Below, in pieces: positions 9,732-22,297 of a stretch of DNA of 32,000 bases. Below the pieces are notes generated by a model. The model was not told where the DNA came from and did not search any database. It saw nothing but the letters and a program-made list of their open reading frames with translations. The stretch covers positions 30,001 to 62,000 of the forward strand of contig NZ_OZ060386.1 in assembly GCF_964059055.1 (NCBI RefSeq). Direction: 5' to 3'. Both the position numbers and the translations under genes were made by a program. Position 1 is the first letter of the stretch. The number at the start of each line of letters is the position of its first letter. Source of the stretch: Buchnera aphidicola (Neophyllaphis podocarpi) (GTDB taxonomy: Bacteria > Pseudomonadota > Gammaproteobacteria > Enterobacterales > Enterobacteriaceae).

Positions 9732-12700
9732 TTATTTTATTATGCTAGAATTTAGTAATTCTGCTAAATTAGCAGAAGCTTCTTCTACACTCATTGATTT
9801 ATTTTTTTTCTTTGTCGATGTTGATTTAATTTTGTTTTTTTGTTTTTTTCTATTTTTTAAACGTATCTTGTGGTAAGTATATCCAGTTCCTGCTGGAATT
9901 AATCTACCTACTATTACATTTTCTTTTAATCCTCTAAGCTTATCTTTTTTTCCTGCTACTGCTGCTTCTGTTAAAACTCTTGTAGTTTCTTGAAAAGATG
10001 CTGCTGATATAAAAGATTCTGTTGCTAAAGATGCTTTTGTTATTCCAAGTAAGTCTCTTGTAAAAGTTGCTTGTTTTTTTTTGTTTATTTTTAATTTGCG
10101 ATTTTCTATTTTTACACGTGAAAATTCTACTTGTTCTCCTTCTAAAAATGAAGAATTTCCTGGTTGATTTATTGTTACTTTTCTCAACATTTGCCTTACA
10201 ATAACTTCAATATGTTTATCATTTATTTTAACTCCTTGTAATCTATATACTTCCTGTACTTCATTTACAATATATTTAGTAACTGCTTGCACTCCTCTTA
10301 ATCTTAAAATATCATGAGAAGATTCTGGTCCATCTGAAATTACATCACCTTTTTCTACCATTTCACCTTCAAATACATTTAATTGACGCCATTTAGGTAT
10401 CATTTCTTCATAATTTGTATTATCTGTCATGGATTTTATTATTAAACGTCTTTTGCCTTTTGTTTCTTTTCCAAAAGAAATTATTCCACTAATTTCTGCT
10501 AAAATTGCTAGTTCTTTTGGTTTTCTTGCTTCGAATAAATCAGCTACTCTTGGTAGTCCACCTGTAATATCTTTTGTTCCTCCTGATTCTTGAGGAATTC
10601 TTGCTAATGTATCTCCTGAATTAATTTTAATTCCATCCTCTAATTGTACAATAGATTTACCTGGAAGAAAGTATTGAGCAGGCATATCAGTACCTGGAAT
10701 TAATACATCTTCTTTATTTTTATTTACTATTTTTAATGCTGGTCTTAAATCTTTCCCTAATGATGTTCTTTCAGAAGTATCTAATATTATTATTGAAGAT
10801 AAACCTGTTAATTCATCAGCTTGTCTTATAATTGTTTGACCATCTATCATATCTATGAATTTTACATATCCATTTACTTCTGTAATTACTGGCATGGTAT
10901 GGGGGTCCCAATTAGCTATAGTTTCTCCTGTATAAGCTATTTCTCCATTTCCTTTTGACATTATAGCACCATAGGGTATTTTATAACTTTCTTTTGTTCT
11001 TCCATGATCATCAATCATTTTTAGTTCAACATTTCTGGATGTTATTACTATTTTTCCTGTTGAATTAATAACTGATTTTACATTTTTTAGTTTTATTTTT
11101 CCTTTATTTCTGATTTGTATACTGGATTCTGTTGCAGCTCTAGAAGCAGCTCCTCCTATGTGAAAAGTACGCATAGTTAACTGTGTTCCTGGTTCTCCAA
11201 TAGATTGAGCAGCTATTACTCCTATAGCTTCGCCTTTATTTACTAATTTACCTCTTGCTAAATCTCTTCCATAGCAACTAGCGCATATTCCAAAATCAGT
11301 TTCACAATTTACTACAGATCTAACCTTAACTAAATCAATTGAATTTTTTTCTATAATGTCGCACCATTTTTCATTTAATAATGTATTTCTTTTGATTAAA
11401 ATATTTGAATAATCATAATTATCATATATATCTTCTGCTGTTACACGTCCTAAAACTCTTTCTATTAGCGTTTCTTTTACGTCACCACCTTCTATTACAG
11501 GAGTCATAGTTATTCCATTATATGTATTGCAATCATCTTCAGTAACTACTAAATCTTGAGCTACATCAACTAATCTTCGTGTAAGATAACCTGAATTTGC
11601 TGTTTTTAATGCGGTATCTGCTAAACCTTTTCTAGCGCCGTGAGTAGAAATAAAATATTGTAATACATTTAATCCTTCTCTAAAATTAGCTGTTATTGGA
11701 GTTTCAATAATCGATCCATCAGGTTTAGCCATTAATCCTCTCATTCCTGCTAACTGTCTTATTTGAGCAGCTGAACCTCTAGCTCCAGAATCAGCCATCA
11801 TAAAAATATTATTAAATGAAATTTGTTTTTCTTGTTCTCCTTTTTTATTTATTACATATTCTGTAGATAAATTTTTCATCATTGCTTTTGATACTTTTTC
11901 ATTAGCATATGCCCATATATCAATTACTTTATTATAACGTTCTCCCGCAGTTACAAGTCCTGATTGAAATTGATCTTGTATTTCTAAAACTTCTGTTTTT
12001 GCTTCTTTTATTATTTTGGTTTTTATGTCAGGAATAACTAAATCGTCAATACCAACTGATGAACCAGATCTTGCAGCATATTCAAATCCTGTATACATAA
12101 TCTGATCTGCAAATATTACAGTTTTTTTAATTCCTAAAATTCTGTAACAATCATTTAACATCTGAGAAATAGTTTTTTTTCCTAATGTTTTGTTAACCAT
12201 TTTAAAAGGTAATCCTTTTGGTACTATCATCCATAAAATAGCTCTACCGACTGTTGTATTAACAATATTATATTTTTTTTTGTAATTGTTATTTTTTTTA
12301 ATATATTCCTTGATTTTTACCCTAACAGAAGAATGTAATTCAGCTATACCTAATTTATATATTTTTTCTGCCTCCTTTGGTCCATTTAAAATCATTCCTT
12401 CTCCTTTTCCATTAATTTTTTTTCTTGTCATATAATATAAACCTAATACTACATCTTGTGATGGTACAATTATAGGTTCTCCATTTGCTGGTGATAATAT
12501 ATTATTTGTTGACATCATTAGAGCTCTAGATTCTAATTGTGCTTCTTTTGTTAATGGAACGTGTACAGCCATTTGATCTCCATCAAAATCTGCGTTGTAA
12601 GCTGCGCATACTAAAGGATGTAGTTGTATAGCTTTTCCTTCAATTAATATTGGTTCAAATGCTTGTATACCTAATCTATGTAAAGTAGGAGCTCTATTTA

Positions 12701-13967
12701 ATAATACAGGATGTTTGTTTATTACTTCGTCTAATATATCCCAGACTATGGCTTCTTCTCTTTCTACCATTTTTTTTGCTGATTTTATTGTAGTGGCTAA
12801 ACCTTTTTTTTCTAACTTTCCATATATAAAAGGTTTAAAAAGCTCTAAAGCCATTTTTTTTGGTAATCCGCATTGATTTAAATGTAAATAAGGTCCTACT
12901 GTAATAACAGATCTACCTGAATAGTCTACTCTTTTTCCTAGTAGATTTTGACGAAATCTACCTTGTTTGCCTTTTATCATATCAGCTAATGATTTTAAAG
13001 GTCTTTTATTTGAACCAGTTATAGCTCTTCCTCTTCTACCATTATCTAATAGAGCATCCACTGCTTCTTGTAACATTCTTTTTTCATTACGTACTATTAT
13101 ATCAGGAGCATTTAATTCTAATAATCTTTTTAGCCTATTATTTCTATTAATTACTCTTCTATATAAATCATTTAAATCCGATGTTGCAAATCTTCCTCCG
13201 TCCAACGGAACTAAAGGTCTTAAATCTGGAGGAAGTACTGGTAGTACTGTTAATATCATCCATTCTGGTTTATTTCTAGAATTTATAAATGATTCTAATA
13301 ATTTTATACGTTTTGTTGTTTTTTTTCTTTTCGTTTCTGAGTTTGTTTGATTTATATCCTGTTTTAAATATTCACATTCTTTTACCAAATTCATGTTTTT
13401 TAAGAGTAACTGGATAGCTTCTGCTCCCATTTTTGCATTAAATTCATCTCCATATTCTTCTAATGCATCTAAGTATTGTTCTTCTGTAAGAATTTGTCTT
13501 TTTTCTAGGTTAGTTATACCTCCATCTACTACTACGTATGATTCAAAATATAATACTCTTTCAATATCTCTTAATGGCATATCTAGTAATAAACCTATAC
13601 GTGAAGGTAGAGATTTCAAAAACCAAATATGAGCAGTAGGTGATGATAATTCTATATGACCCATTCTGTCTCTTCTAACTTTGCTTTGTGTAACTTCTAC
13701 TCCGCATTTTTCGCATATTACTCCTCTATGCTTTAATCTCTTGTATTTTCCGCATAAACACTCATGATCTTTAACTGGCCCAAATATTCTAGCGCAAAAT
13801 AATCCATCTCTTTCAGGTTTAAATGTACGATAATTAATAGTTTCTGGTTTTTTTACTTCTCCAAAAGACCATGATCTTATCATATCGGGTGAAGCTAATG
13901 ATATTTTGATAGCATCAAATTCTTCTGTTTTATTTCTTTTTTTTATTAATTTTATTAAATCTTTCAT
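9732..13967 (-). CDS. rpoC: DNA-directed RNA polymerase subunit beta'
   Basis: 1411-aa ORF (E. coli 1407 aa). It has the Zn-finger [23 protein letters not shown] and the catalytic NADFDGDQM motif, with full-length colinearity. Confidence 0.99.
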   Translation of the reverse strand: MKDLIKLIKKRNKTEEFDAIKISLASPDMIRSWSFGEVKKPETINYRTFKPERDGLFCARIFGPVKDHECLCGKYKRLKHRGVICEKCGVEVTQSKVRRDRMGHIELSSPTAHIWFLKSLPSRIGLLLDMPLRDIERVLYFESYVVVDGGITNLEKRQILTEEQYLDALEEYGDEFNAKMGAEAIQLLLKNMNLVKECEYLKQDINQTNSETKRKKTTKRIKLLESFINSRNKPEWMILTVLPVLPPDLRPLVPLDGGRFATSDLNDLYRRVINRNNRLKRLLELNAPDIIVRNEKRMLQEAVDALLDNGRRGRAITGSNKRPLKSLADMIKGKQGRFRQNLLGKRVDYSGRSVITVGPYLHLNQCGLPKKMALELFKPFIYGKLEKKGLATTIKSAKKMVEREEAIVWDILDEVINKHPVLLNRAPTLHRLGIQAFEPILIEGKAIQLHPLVCAAYNADFDGDQMAVHVPLTKEAQLESRALMMSTNNILSPANGEPIIVPSQDVVLGLYYMTRKKINGKGEGMILNGPKEAEKIYKLGIAELHSSVRVKIKEYIKKNNNYKKKYNIVNTTVGRAILWMIVPKGLPFKMVNKTLGKKTISQMLNDCYRILGIKKTVIFADQIMYTGFEYAARSGSSVGIDDLVIPDIKTKIIKEAKTEVLEIQDQFQSGLVTAGERYNKVIDIWAYANEKVSKAMMKNLSTEYVINKKGEQEKQISFNNIFMMADSGARGSAAQIRQLAGMRGLMAKPDGSIIETPITANFREGLNVLQYFISTHGARKGLADTALKTANSGYLTRRLVDVAQDLVVTEDDCNTYNGITMTPVIEGGDVKETLIERVLGRVTAEDIYDNYDYSNILIKRNTLLNEKWCDIIEKNSIDLVKVRSVVNCETDFGICASCYGRDLARGKLVNKGEAIGVIAAQSIGEPGTQLTMRTFHIGGAASRAATESSIQIRNKGKIKLKNVKSVINSTGKIVITSRNVELKMIDDHGRTKESYKIPYGAIMSKGNGEIAYTGETIANWDPHTMPVITEVNGYVKFIDMIDGQTIIRQADELTGLSSIIILDTSERTSLGKDLRPALKIVNKNKEDVLIPGTDMPAQYFLPGKSIVQLEDGIKINSGDTLARIPQESGGTKDITGGLPRVADLFEARKPKELAILAEISGIISFGKETKGKRRLIIKSMTDNTNYEEMIPKWRQLNVFEGEMVEKGDVISDGPESSHDILRLRGVQAVTKYIVNEVQEVYRLQGVKINDKHIEVIVRQMLRKVTINQPGNSSFLEGEQVEFSRVKIENRKLKINKKKQATFTRDLLGITKASLATESFISAASFQETTRVLTEAAVAGKKDKLRGLKENVIVGRLIPAGTGYTYHKIRLKNRKKQKNKIKSTSTKKKNKSMSVEEASANLAELLNSSIIK

Positions 13968-14063
13968 TTTAATATTCTCTTTAGTTCAGTTAATATTTAA
14001 AGTTTATTATTTTTAGGTGTTACCTAATATATTTTCTTTAAATTAGGATTAATTTTTAGAACA

Positions 14064-17000
14064 TTATTCATGCTCTAATTCAATATTAATACCTAAAGAA
14101 CGAATTTCCTTTAAGAGAACATTAAAAGATTCAGGCATACCAGGTTCCATTTTATGATTACCATCCACTATATTTTTATACATTTTTGTACGACCATTGA
14201 CATCATCCGACTTTACTGTTAGCGTTTCTTGTAAGGTATATGATGCACCATAAGCTTCTAATGCCCATACTTCCATTTCTCCAAAACGTTGTCCTCCAAA
14301 TTGAGCTTTTCCACCCAATGGTTGTTGTGTTATTAAACTATAAGATCCTGTTGATCTTGCATGCATTTTATCATCTACCAAATGATTTAATTTTAACATA
14401 TACATATATCCTACTGTAACAGGTCTTTCAAATTTTTCTCCGGTTCTTCCATCAAACAATTCAATTTGTCCTGATTCAGGTAGATCAGCTAATTTAAGTA
14501 ATTTTTTGATTTCACTTTCTCTTGCTCCATCAAAAACAGGAGTTGCTATAGGCATGCCTTTTTTTAGGTTTTTTGCTAATTCATAAATTTCTTTTTCTGA
14601 AAATTTTTGTAAATCTACTTTCTGTCTTGTATTTTCACCTATATCATATGCTTTTTGTATAAAATTTCTAATTTTTTCTATTTTTTCTTTTGTTTTTATC
14701 ATTTTATTAATTTTGTCGCCTATACCCTTAGCTGCTAGACCTAAATGAGTTTCTAAAATTTGTCCAATATTCATACGAGAAGGAACTCCTAATGGATTTA
14801 ACACTATATCAACTGGATTTCCATTATTGTCGTAAGGCATATCTTCAATTGGATTTATTTTAGATATTACTCCTTTATTTCCATGTCTTCCTGCCATTTT
14901 ATCTCCTGGTTGTATTTGTCTTTTTACAGCTAAATACACTTTTACAATTTTTAATACTCCTGGAGCTAAATCATCTCCTTGTGTTATTTTTTGTTTTTTT
15001 ATTTCTAATTTTTTATTAAAATTTTTTTCTAATTTATGTAAGTCGCTTATTAGTTTTTTTAGATCTTTTTTGTTATTTTTATCTTTTATTTTTATTTCTA
15101 GCCATTTTTCACAAGGTAAAATATTTAAATAATTTTTCTTTATTCCACTAGATATTAGTAATTTTTTAATTTTCATAAACAATTCTAATTTAAATATTTT
15201 TAGTTCTTCACTTAAATCTTTTTTAGCTTTTTTTAGTTGCATATATTCTATTTCTAGCGCTCTTTTATCTTTTTTTACACCATCTCTTGTAAAAATTTGT
15301 ACATCAATTACAGTTCCAGAAACTCCGTTAGGTACCCTTAATGATGAATCTTTTACATCTGATGCTTTTTCCCCAAATATAGCTCTTAATAGTTTTTCTT
15401 CTGGAGTTAATTGAGTTTCTCCTTTAGGTGTTACTTTTCCAACTAGTATGTCTGTACCTTTTATTTCAGCTCCTATATATACGATTCCAGATTCGTCTAA
15501 TTTAGATAATGCAGATTCTCCTACGTTAGGAATATCCGAAGTAATTTCTTCTGGACCTAATTTTGTATCTCTAGATATGCAAGATAATTCCTGTATATGT
15601 ATTGTTGTAAATCTATCTTCTTGTACCACTCTTTCAGAAACTAATATAGAATCTTCAAAGTTATAACCATTCCATGGCATAAATGCTACTCTCATATTTT
15701 GTCCTAAAGCTAATTCTCCTAAATCTGTTGCGGGACCATCTGCAAGAACATCATTTTTTTCAATTTTATCATCTATGGATACGCAAGGTATTTGATTTAT
15801 GCATGTATTTTGGTTTGATCTTGTATATTTATTTAAGTTATAAATGTCTATTCCTGCTTCTTGTTCATCATTTTTATTTTTTTTAACTTTAATTACTATT
15901 CTAGAAGCATCTACATATTTTATTGTTCCAGGTCTATTTGCTGTAATTGTTACTCCTGAATCTACTGCTACAGCACGTTCCATTCCTGTACCTACAAGAG
16001 GTTTATCAGCTATTAATGTAGGTACAGCTTGTCTTTGCATATTTGCACCCATTAATGCTCTATTTGCATCATCATGTTCAAGAAAAGGTATTAAAGAAGC
16101 TCCAACTGATACAATCTGTTGAGTAGATACATCCATATAATTTACTTGATATTTATTAAATAGATTTGATTCACCTTTATATCTACAGGTAACTTGTTTA
16201 TTAATTAATTCCCCGTTTTTATTTATATTTGTATTTGCCTGTGCTATAATAAAATTTCCTTCTTCTATAGCAGATAAATAAGTTATCTCTTCTGTAACTT
16301 TTCCTTTCTCTACTTTTCTATAAGGTGTTTCTAAAAAGCCATATTTATTAGTTTTAGCATATACAGATAAAGAATTTATTAAACCAATGTTGGGTCCTTC
16401 AGGAGTTTCTATTGGACATACTCTTCCGTAGTGTGTTGGATGAACGTCTCTTACTTCAAAACCTGCTCTTTCTCTTGTTAATCCTCCTATTCCTAATGCT
16501 GATATTCTTCTTTTATGTGTAATTTCTGATAAAGGGTTATTTTGATCCATGAATTGAGATAATTGACTTGACCCGAAAAATTCTTTTATAGCTGAAGAAA
16601 TAGGTTTTGCATTTATTATATCTTGAGGCATTAATGTTTCTAAATCACCTAATGATAATCTTTCTTTAACAGCTCTTTCTACTCTAATTAAACCTATTCT
16701 AAATTGATTTTCAACCATTTCTCCTACAGATCTAATTCTTCTATTTCCTAAATGATCAATATCATCTACTGATCCTTTTCCATTTCTTATACTTATTAAT
16801 TTCTTAATTACATCAATAATATCTATTTTATCTAAAATTCTAGATCCTTTAATATTTTTTCTTGATAAAGAACTATTAAATTTCATGCGTCCAACATTAG
16901 ATAAATCATATTTTTCTTCTGTAAAAAATAAATTTCTAAATAAGTTTTCTGTAGCCTCTTTTGTTGGTGGTTCTCCTGGTCTCATCATTTTATAAATTTC

Positions 17001-18098
17001 TATTAATGCACTATATTTGTCTTCTGTAGAGTCAATTTTTAAAGTTTCTGAAATATATGCACCATGATCTAAATCATTAGTGAATAATGTTTCAATAATA
17101 TTAAATCCATTATTTTTTAACTTATATATAAATTCAATATTTAGTTCTGTATTTGCTAAAGCTATTATTTCTCCATTAATTTTATTAATATAATTTCTAG
17201 ATAATTTTTTTCCTATTAAATATTCTATAGGTACTTCTATATTTTTTATTCTATCTAATTTTAATTTTTTTATATGTTTAGCTGTGATTCTTCTACCCTT
17301 TTCTATATAGTTATTACCATTACATGTTATATTAAAAGATGCTGTTTCTCCTCTTAATCTTTCTGGAAATAATTCCATCATAATTTTATTATGCTTAAAT
17401 TCAAAAATATTTTTTTTAAAAAAAATATCCAAAATTTGCTCTGTATCATAATTTAAAGCACGTAATAATACACTAACTGGTAGTTTTCTTCTTCTATCTA
17501 TTCTTACAAATAAATTATCTTTTGGATCGAATTCAAAATCTAACCATGATCCTCTATATGGAATGATTCTAGCATTATATAAAACTTTTCCAGAAGAATG
17601 TGTTTTTCCTTTATCACTATCAAAAAATACTCCTGGACTACGATGTAATTGGGATACAATTACTCTTTCTGTTCCATTGATTATGAAAGTTCCATTATTG
17701 GTCATTAATGGTATTTCTCCCATATATACTTCTTGTTCTTTTATTTCTTTTATTGTAGCTTTTTGAAATTGATATTCTTTTTCATAGATTACTAAACGTA
17801 GTTTTACCTTTAATGGTGCAGAGTATGTTGCTCCCCTTGTTTGGCATTCTTTTACATCAAATGTATTTGTTCCTATTCTATAATTTATATATTGTATCTC
17901 GGCATTTTCGCTGTAACTTTTTATAGGAAAAATAGATTTAAATGCTGATTCTAAACCACTGATATTTTTATTATTATGTTTAATAAATTTTTTAAAAGAT
18001 TCTATTTGTGTATAAAGTAAGTAAGGAATATTTAGAACTTGCGGACGTTTACCAAAATCTTTTCTAATTCGTTTTTTTTCAGTATAAGAATAAAACAT
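14064..18098 (-). CDS. rpoB: DNA-directed RNA polymerase subunit beta
   Basis: 1344-aa ORF (E. coli 1342 aa). It contains the rif-cluster region ([29 protein letters not shown]) and C-terminal motifs ([18 protein letters not shown]). Confidence 0.99.
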   Translation of the reverse strand: MFYSYTEKKRIRKDFGKRPQVLNIPYLLYTQIESFKKFIKHNNKNISGLESAFKSIFPIKSYSENAEIQYINYRIGTNTFDVKECQTRGATYSAPLKVKLRLVIYEKEYQFQKATIKEIKEQEVYMGEIPLMTNNGTFIINGTERVIVSQLHRSPGVFFDSDKGKTHSSGKVLYNARIIPYRGSWLDFEFDPKDNLFVRIDRRRKLPVSVLLRALNYDTEQILDIFFKKNIFEFKHNKIMMELFPERLRGETASFNITCNGNNYIEKGRRITAKHIKKLKLDRIKNIEVPIEYLIGKKLSRNYINKINGEIIALANTELNIEFIYKLKNNGFNIIETLFTNDLDHGAYISETLKIDSTEDKYSALIEIYKMMRPGEPPTKEATENLFRNLFFTEEKYDLSNVGRMKFNSSLSRKNIKGSRILDKIDIIDVIKKLISIRNGKGSVDDIDHLGNRRIRSVGEMVENQFRIGLIRVERAVKERLSLGDLETLMPQDIINAKPISSAIKEFFGSSQLSQFMDQNNPLSEITHKRRISALGIGGLTRERAGFEVRDVHPTHYGRVCPIETPEGPNIGLINSLSVYAKTNKYGFLETPYRKVEKGKVTEEITYLSAIEEGNFIIAQANTNINKNGELINKQVTCRYKGESNLFNKYQVNYMDVSTQQIVSVGASLIPFLEHDDANRALMGANMQRQAVPTLIADKPLVGTGMERAVAVDSGVTITANRPGTIKYVDASRIVIKVKKNKNDEQEAGIDIYNLNKYTRSNQNTCINQIPCVSIDDKIEKNDVLADGPATDLGELALGQNMRVAFMPWNGYNFEDSILVSERVVQEDRFTTIHIQELSCISRDTKLGPEEITSDIPNVGESALSKLDESGIVYIGAEIKGTDILVGKVTPKGETQLTPEEKLLRAIFGEKASDVKDSSLRVPNGVSGTVIDVQIFTRDGVKKDKRALEIEYMQLKKAKKDLSEELKIFKLELFMKIKKLLISSGIKKNYLNILPCEKWLEIKIKDKNNKKDLKKLISDLHKLEKNFNKKLEIKKQKITQGDDLAPGVLKIVKVYLAVKRQIQPGDKMAGRHGNKGVISKINPIEDMPYDNNGNPVDIVLNPLGVPSRMNIGQILETHLGLAAKGIGDKINKMIKTKEKIEKIRNFIQKAYDIGENTRQKVDLQKFSEKEIYELAKNLKKGMPIATPVFDGARESEIKKLLKLADLPESGQIELFDGRTGEKFERPVTVGYMYMLKLNHLVDDKMHARSTGSYSLITQQPLGGKAQFGGQRFGEMEVWALEAYGASYTLQETLTVKSDDVNGRTKMYKNIVDGNHKMEPGMPESFNVLLKEIRSLGINIELEHE

Positions 18099-18263
18099 TC
18101 ATTACCTCAGATATCTTTTATATAAATCTTATTTTTTTGATTAAATTATTTTTCAGAATTAAATAACTTTGCTAATTTTTTAATATGAAATTTATTTTTT
18201 TAATAAAAATGTTTATTTTTTATATTTATTTTTATTAGTCTAAATAAATTACTTTTAATAAAA

Positions 18264-18305
18264 GCATAAAAAGGCTGGCAACTTATATATTACTAGTTAC
18301 CAGCC
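18264..18305 (-). terminator. rplL-rpoB intergenic attenuator / intrinsic terminator
   Basis: On the minus-strand RNA, GGCUGGUAACU-(11-nt loop)-AGUUGCCAGCC forms an 11-bp stem including one G-U pair (plus 18273-18305). U5 follows immediately (plus A5 at 18268-18272). It lies about 45 nt downstream of the rplL stop. A second 7-bp hairpin sits at 18308-18330. Confidence 0.65.
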
Positions 18306-18349
18306 AACATCCTATAATTTATTTAGGATGCTATTAATTAGAATATATA

Positions 18350-18718
18350 TTATTTAATTTCAACCTGAGCACCTGCTTCTTCTAGAGATTTTTTTAAATT
18401 ATTAGCTTCTTCTTTACTAATATTTTCTTTTAGAGTTACAGGAAATGATTCAACTAAATCTTTTGCTTCTTTTAGACCTAATCCTATAGCGCTACGTACA
18501 GATTTAATCACTGATATTTTATTACTTCCAATAGATTTTAATATAACATCAAATTCAGTTTTTTCATCTATTTCTTCTTTTGTATTTTTTTCTTGACTAT
18601 TCAATGGAATAGAAGCTGATACTCCAAATTTATTTTCTATAGAAGATATAAGTTCCATAACTTCCATAACAGACATATTAGATATTGATTCTAAAATTTG
18701 TTCTTGAGTAATTGACAT
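18350..18718 (-). CDS. rplL: 50S ribosomal protein L7/L12
   Basis: 122-aa ORF with [24 protein letters not shown].. and C-terminal ..[15 protein letters not shown], colinear with E. coli L7/L12. Confidence 0.98.
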   Translation of the reverse strand: MSITQEQILESISNMSVMEVMELISSIENKFGVSASIPLNSQEKNTKEEIDEKTEFDVILKSIGSNKISVIKSVRSAIGLGLKEAKDLVESFPVTLKENISKEEANNLKKSLEEAGAQVEIK

Positions 18719-18777
18719 GACAAGTTATTCCTAACAATAATTTTAATTATTATATTTAATTTTGTATTAATTTATTT

Positions 18778-19281
18778 TTACTTTTTATTTTTTTCTTTAA
18801 TTTTACATACATTGTAAATTATATAAACTAATTTTCCTATTGAAGCAATTTTTAGAGTTATAGCTAGCTTAGTTAAAGCTTCTTTAATAGTTGGAATATT
18901 TGCAAGATAATCTATTTGTGATAAAGATAATAATTTACCTTCAAATGCAGCTCCTTTTATTTGGAAATTTTTATTTTTTTTTGAAAATTCTTTAAATAAT
19001 TTAACTGCTGATCCAGGATTATCTATTGAATAAGCAATTATATTTTGACCTTTTAATATATTTTTTAAACATTTAAAATTTGTTTTTTTTATTATTTTTC
19101 TCAATAAAGTGTTTTTTATAATGTTTATTATTACATTTTTCTCTCTAGCTTTTTTTCTTAGTTTTGTTATTTCATTTGCAGTTATTCTTGAAGGATCAGC
19201 TATAATAGCTGAAATTGCTGATTTTGATATTTCAATTGTTTTATATATAATATCTTTTTTATTTTGAAGGTTTAATGCCAT
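18778..19281 (-). CDS. rplJ: 50S ribosomal protein L10
   Basis: 167-aa ORF (E. coli 165 aa) starting MALNLQNKK. It sits between rplA and rplL. Confidence 0.95.
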   Translation of the reverse strand: MALNLQNKKDIIYKTIEISKSAISAIIADPSRITANEITKLRKKAREKNVIINIIKNTLLRKIIKKTNFKCLKNILKGQNIIAYSIDNPGSAVKLFKEFSKKNKNFQIKGAAFEGKLLSLSQIDYLANIPTIKEALTKLAITLKIASIGKLVYIIYNVCKIKEKNKK

Positions 19282-19474
19282 ATATTTATACTCTTTAATT
19301 TTATTTATTAAATTTTATTAAAAATTTTAATTCATTTAAATTTAAAAAATTTTTAAATTTTACATTATAAATTGATACTTATCTATATTTATAAATATAC
19401 TATTTTTATAATGTTACGAATTTTATATTTTATTTATTAATAAACAAAATATTTTTTTATAGTTCTATTTGATT

Positions 19475-20164
19475 TTATAGATTTAAGTGGTTTATATTAA
19501 CTGATATTCCCATAGTTGTAGAAATAGTAACTTTTTTAAAAAATACTCCTTTAGACTTTTCAGATTTCATCTGAGTGATAGCTTTTAATAATACTTTTAA
19601 ATTTTCTACTATATGTTCTTTTTGAAAATTTATTTTTCCAATTATGCTATGTATTATTCCATTCTTATCATTTTTAAAATATATCTGTCCTTTTTTAACA
19701 TTTTTTATTGTTTGATAAATATTATTTGTTACAGTACCCAGTTTTGGACTTGGCATTATTCCCCTAGGACCTAAAATTGACCCTATTGTTCCTACTATTT
19801 TCATTGCATCTGGAGATGCAATTATTACATCTAGTAAATTTTTTTTATCTTTTATCTTTTTGATTAAGTTTTCCATTCCTATATAATTGGCTCCTGCTAG
19901 TTTTGCTTTTTTAATATCTAAATCTTTTGCAAATACTCCTATTTTTATTTTTTTTCCAGTACCATTTGGTAATAAAACTGTTCCTCTAATATTTTGTTCA
20001 GATTTTTTTGTATTTATTCCTAAATTTATTGCAATATCTATACTTTCGTTAAATTTAGCTGTTGCTGTTTTTTTTAGAATATCTATAGCTTGATTAACAT
20101 CATATATTTTTTTTGAATCAACTTGTTTTGAGATTTTTGATCTTCTTTTCGTTTTTTTCGACAT
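19475..20164 (-). CDS. rplA: 50S ribosomal protein L1
   Basis: 229-aa ORF colinear with E. coli L1 (..[28 protein letters not shown].., IASPDAM..VG..G.ILGPRG.MP.PK.GTVT, KNGIIH..IGK). Confidence 0.98.
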   Translation of the reverse strand: MSKKTKRRSKISKQVDSKKIYDVNQAIDILKKTATAKFNESIDIAINLGINTKKSEQNIRGTVLLPNGTGKKIKIGVFAKDLDIKKAKLAGANYIGMENLIKKIKDKKNLLDVIIASPDAMKIVGTIGSILGPRGIMPSPKLGTVTNNIYQTIKNVKKGQIYFKNDKNGIIHSIIGKINFQKEHIVENLKVLLKAITQMKSEKSKGVFFKKVTISTTMGISVNINHLNL

Positions 20165-20597
20165 TTACTCCATCCTCTATAATTAAACCCATAGAATTAG
20201 CTGTACCTATAATAGATTTTATTATCTTTTCTATATTTGAACCTGTCATATCTTTTGATTTTATTTGCGCTATTTTTTTTATTTGAGATAGTTTAATATT
20301 ACCTACTTTATCTATTTTTGGTTTACTAGATCCTGATTTTATTCCTGCTTCTTTCTTTAATAAAATAGATGCTGGAGGAGTTTTAGTAATAAATGTAAAT
20401 GATTTATCAGAATATACAGTTATTATTACAGGTATAGGCAATCCTTTTTCTATATTTTCTGTTTTTTTATTAAATATCTTACAAAATTCCATAATGTTTA
20501 GACCTTGTTGACCTAAAGCAGGTCCAACTGGTGGACTAGGATTTGCCATTTTTGCAGGAATTTGTAGTTTTATTTTTGATTTAATTTTTTTGACCAT
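20118..20597 (-). CDS. rplK: 50S ribosomal protein L11, with a 17-aa C-terminal extension overlapping rplA
   Basis: 159-aa ORF. Residues 1-142 are colinear with E. coli L11 ([25 protein letters not shown]), which ends ..VVED. Here there is no stop after ..IIED, and the frame continues to TGA at 20118-20120, 47 nt inside rplA. Confidence 0.93.
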   Translation of the reverse strand: MVKKIKSKIKLQIPAKMANPSPPVGPALGQQGLNIMEFCKIFNKKTENIEKGLPIPVIITVYSDKSFTFITKTPPASILLKKEAGIKSGSSKPKIDKVGNIKLSQIKKIAQIKSKDMTGSNIEKIIKSIIGTANSMGLIIEDGVNVEKNEKKIKNLKTS

Positions 20598-20608
20598 TTT
20601 TCTATTCC

Positions 20609-21154
20609 TTAGGTTTTTTCTACTTGTCCGAAATCTAATTCTACAGGAGTAGATCTACCAAAAATAGACACAGATACTTTTAATCTATTTTTTTCATAAT
20701 CTACTTCTTCTACTACTCCATTAAAATCTGCAAAAGGACCATCTTTTACACGTACCATTTCTCCTGGTTCAAATAAAGTTTTTGGTCTAGGTTTTTCTCC
20801 TGCTTTTTTTATTCTATTTAAAATTAAATTTACTTCTTTATTGCTTATTGGCGACGGTTTATCTGATGTACCTCCTATAAAACTCATTACTCTAGGTACA
20901 CTACGTATTAAATGCCAACTTTCATCATTCATTATCATTTGTATTAAAACGTATCCTGGAAAAAATTTGTATTCACTCTTTCTTCTATAACCTCCTCTTA
21001 TTTCAATTACTTCTTCTTTTGGAACCATAATCTTGCCAAATAATTTTTCTTTTTTGTTTAATTTTATATATTCTTTTATTGATTTGGCTACTTTTCCTTC
21101 AAATCCAGAGAATGCTTGTATAACATACCAACGTTTTTTTTTAGTATCAGGCAT
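20609..21154 (-). CDS. nusG: transcription termination/antitermination factor NusG
   Basis: 181-aa ORF, the same length as E. coli NusG ([22 protein letters not shown] region [38 protein letters not shown]). Confidence 0.98.
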   Translation of the reverse strand: MPDTKKKRWYVIQAFSGFEGKVAKSIKEYIKLNKKEKLFGKIMVPKEEVIEIRGGYRRKSEYKFFPGYVLIQMIMNDESWHLIRSVPRVMSFIGGTSDKPSPISNKEVNLILNRIKKAGEKPRPKTLFEPGEMVRVKDGPFADFNGVVEEVDYEKNRLKVSVSIFGRSTPVELDFGQVEKT

Positions 21155-21156
21155 TT

Positions 21157-21537
21157 TTATAACCTTAATTCAGTTATGAAAGATATTAAATTAAATAATA
21201 GATTATCAAGTCCCCATAAAATAATTGATATTATAATAGTTACAAATATTACTATCAGTGTAGTATACAAAGTTTCTTGAAATTTTGGCCAAATAATATT
21301 ATTAACTTCTTTTTTAGTTTTTTTGATAAATATTACTATTTTTTTTCCTAAATCGGTCAATAAAAATATAATGATAGATGTTGTAATAGTTATTAAATTA
21401 ATTAATATTGTAGTTATTGAATGCTTTTTATAATAATAACTTATAATAAAATCTACAACAAAGATACTTAATATATAAATCCATTTTGTAAGTTTTTTTT
21501 TATTTTTTTTATTTTGATATTTTTTTTTAATTTTCAT
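21157..21537 (-). CDS. secE: preprotein translocase subunit SecE
   Basis: 126-aa hydrophobic ORF (E. coli 127 aa) with three predicted TM stretches and a conserved C-terminal region (..[28 protein letters not shown]). It lies 2 nt upstream of nusG. Confidence 0.9.
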   Translation of the reverse strand: MKIKKKYQNKKNKKKLTKWIYILSIFVVDFIISYYYKKHSITTILINLITITTSIIIFLLTDLGKKIVIFIKKTKKEVNNIIWPKFQETLYTTLIVIFVTIIISIILWGLDNLLFNLISFITELRL

Positions 21538-21725
21538 ATTTAGAATAAAATAATCCTATTAAATACATATGTATTAGATCACATTTTTTTAAAAAAATTA
21601 AATTCATATTCAATAATATTATAATTTTATTACTAAACATAAATATTTTTGAATATTAAACAGATTTAAATATTTGAATATTATTGATAATAATTTGATT
21701 TGTGGAGAGAATTTTGTTTTAATAT

Positions 21726-21799
21726 TGCTGATACCCAGATTTGAACTGGGGACCTCATCCTTACCAAGGATGTGCTCTAACCTTCTGAGCCATATCAGC
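21726..21799 (-). tRNA. thrT: tRNA-Thr (anticodon GGU)
   Basis: The reverse complement GCTGATATGGCTCAGAAGGTTAGAGCACATCCTTGGTAAGGATGAGGTCCCCAGTTCAAATCTGGGTATCAGCA folds as a cloverleaf. The 7-bp acceptor is GCTGATA/TATCAGC and the anticodon loop is CTTGGTAAG. No CCA is encoded. Confidence 0.93.
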
Positions 21800-21856
21800 A
21801 TAGAATTTTTAAGTTTTTTATTAAATACTTTCTTTTTATAAAAAAGACTTTTGAAA

Positions 21857-21931
21857 TGGAGCGAGCAGCGGGAATTGAACCCGCATCATCAGCTTGGAAG
21901 GCTGAGATAATAGCCTTTATATGATGCTCGC
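21857..21931 (-). tRNA. glyT: tRNA-Gly (anticodon UCC)
   Basis: The reverse complement is GCGAGCATCATATAAAGGCTATTATCTCAGCCTTCCAAGCTGATGATGCGGGTTCAATTCCCGCTGCTCGCTCCA. The anticodon loop CTTCCAA gives UCC, and the 3' CCA is encoded. It closely resembles E. coli glyT. Confidence 0.95.
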
Positions 21932-21954
21932 AATGATAATAAAGTATAATTTTT

Positions 21955-22036
<82 letters not shown>

Positions 22037-22052
22037 TTTTTATTAATAATTT

Positions 22053-22125
<73 letters not shown>

Positions 22126-22297
22126 TTATAATATTTTTAAATATAAATTTTAATTTTAAAATATTACATAAACTGTTATTATATAATAAAAGTTATGTAA
22201 TATACAATAAATAAATTGCTTTTTTTTAAAAATTTTTGTTCTATATAAAAATATATACGTTTATTTTAATTATCATTTTTTACAACTATAGAATTAT

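Noticed and set aside
12967-17766. Plus-strand ORFs inside rpoC and rpoB (12967-13350, 13393-13632, 15448-15666, 15683-15886, 15844-16122, 17563-17766)
   Set aside because: They are antisense shadows of very strongly supported minus-strand genes. Their translations are low-complexity with no recognisable motifs.
19887-20093. Plus-strand ORF antisense to rplA
   Set aside because: It is a shadow ORF within a ribosomal protein gene.
21640-21700. Two similar AT-only near-palindromic motifs (AAATATTTTTGAATATTA and AAATATTTGAATATTAT) upstream of secE, considered as a possible operator or promoter element
   Set aside because: In sequence with this much A+T, matches of this kind are expected by chance, and I cannot separate them from background without statistics.
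21619-21801. 60-aa minus-strand ORF
   Set aside because: Its 5' part is simply tRNA-Thr(GGU) read as codons and the rest is AT-rich spacer. It is not a gene.
22163-22201. Imperfect inverted repeat ATTACATAA..TTATGTAAT between thrU and coaA
   Set aside because: The stem is short, bulged and AT-only, in a divergent promoter spacer. The evidence is insufficient for a regulatory call.
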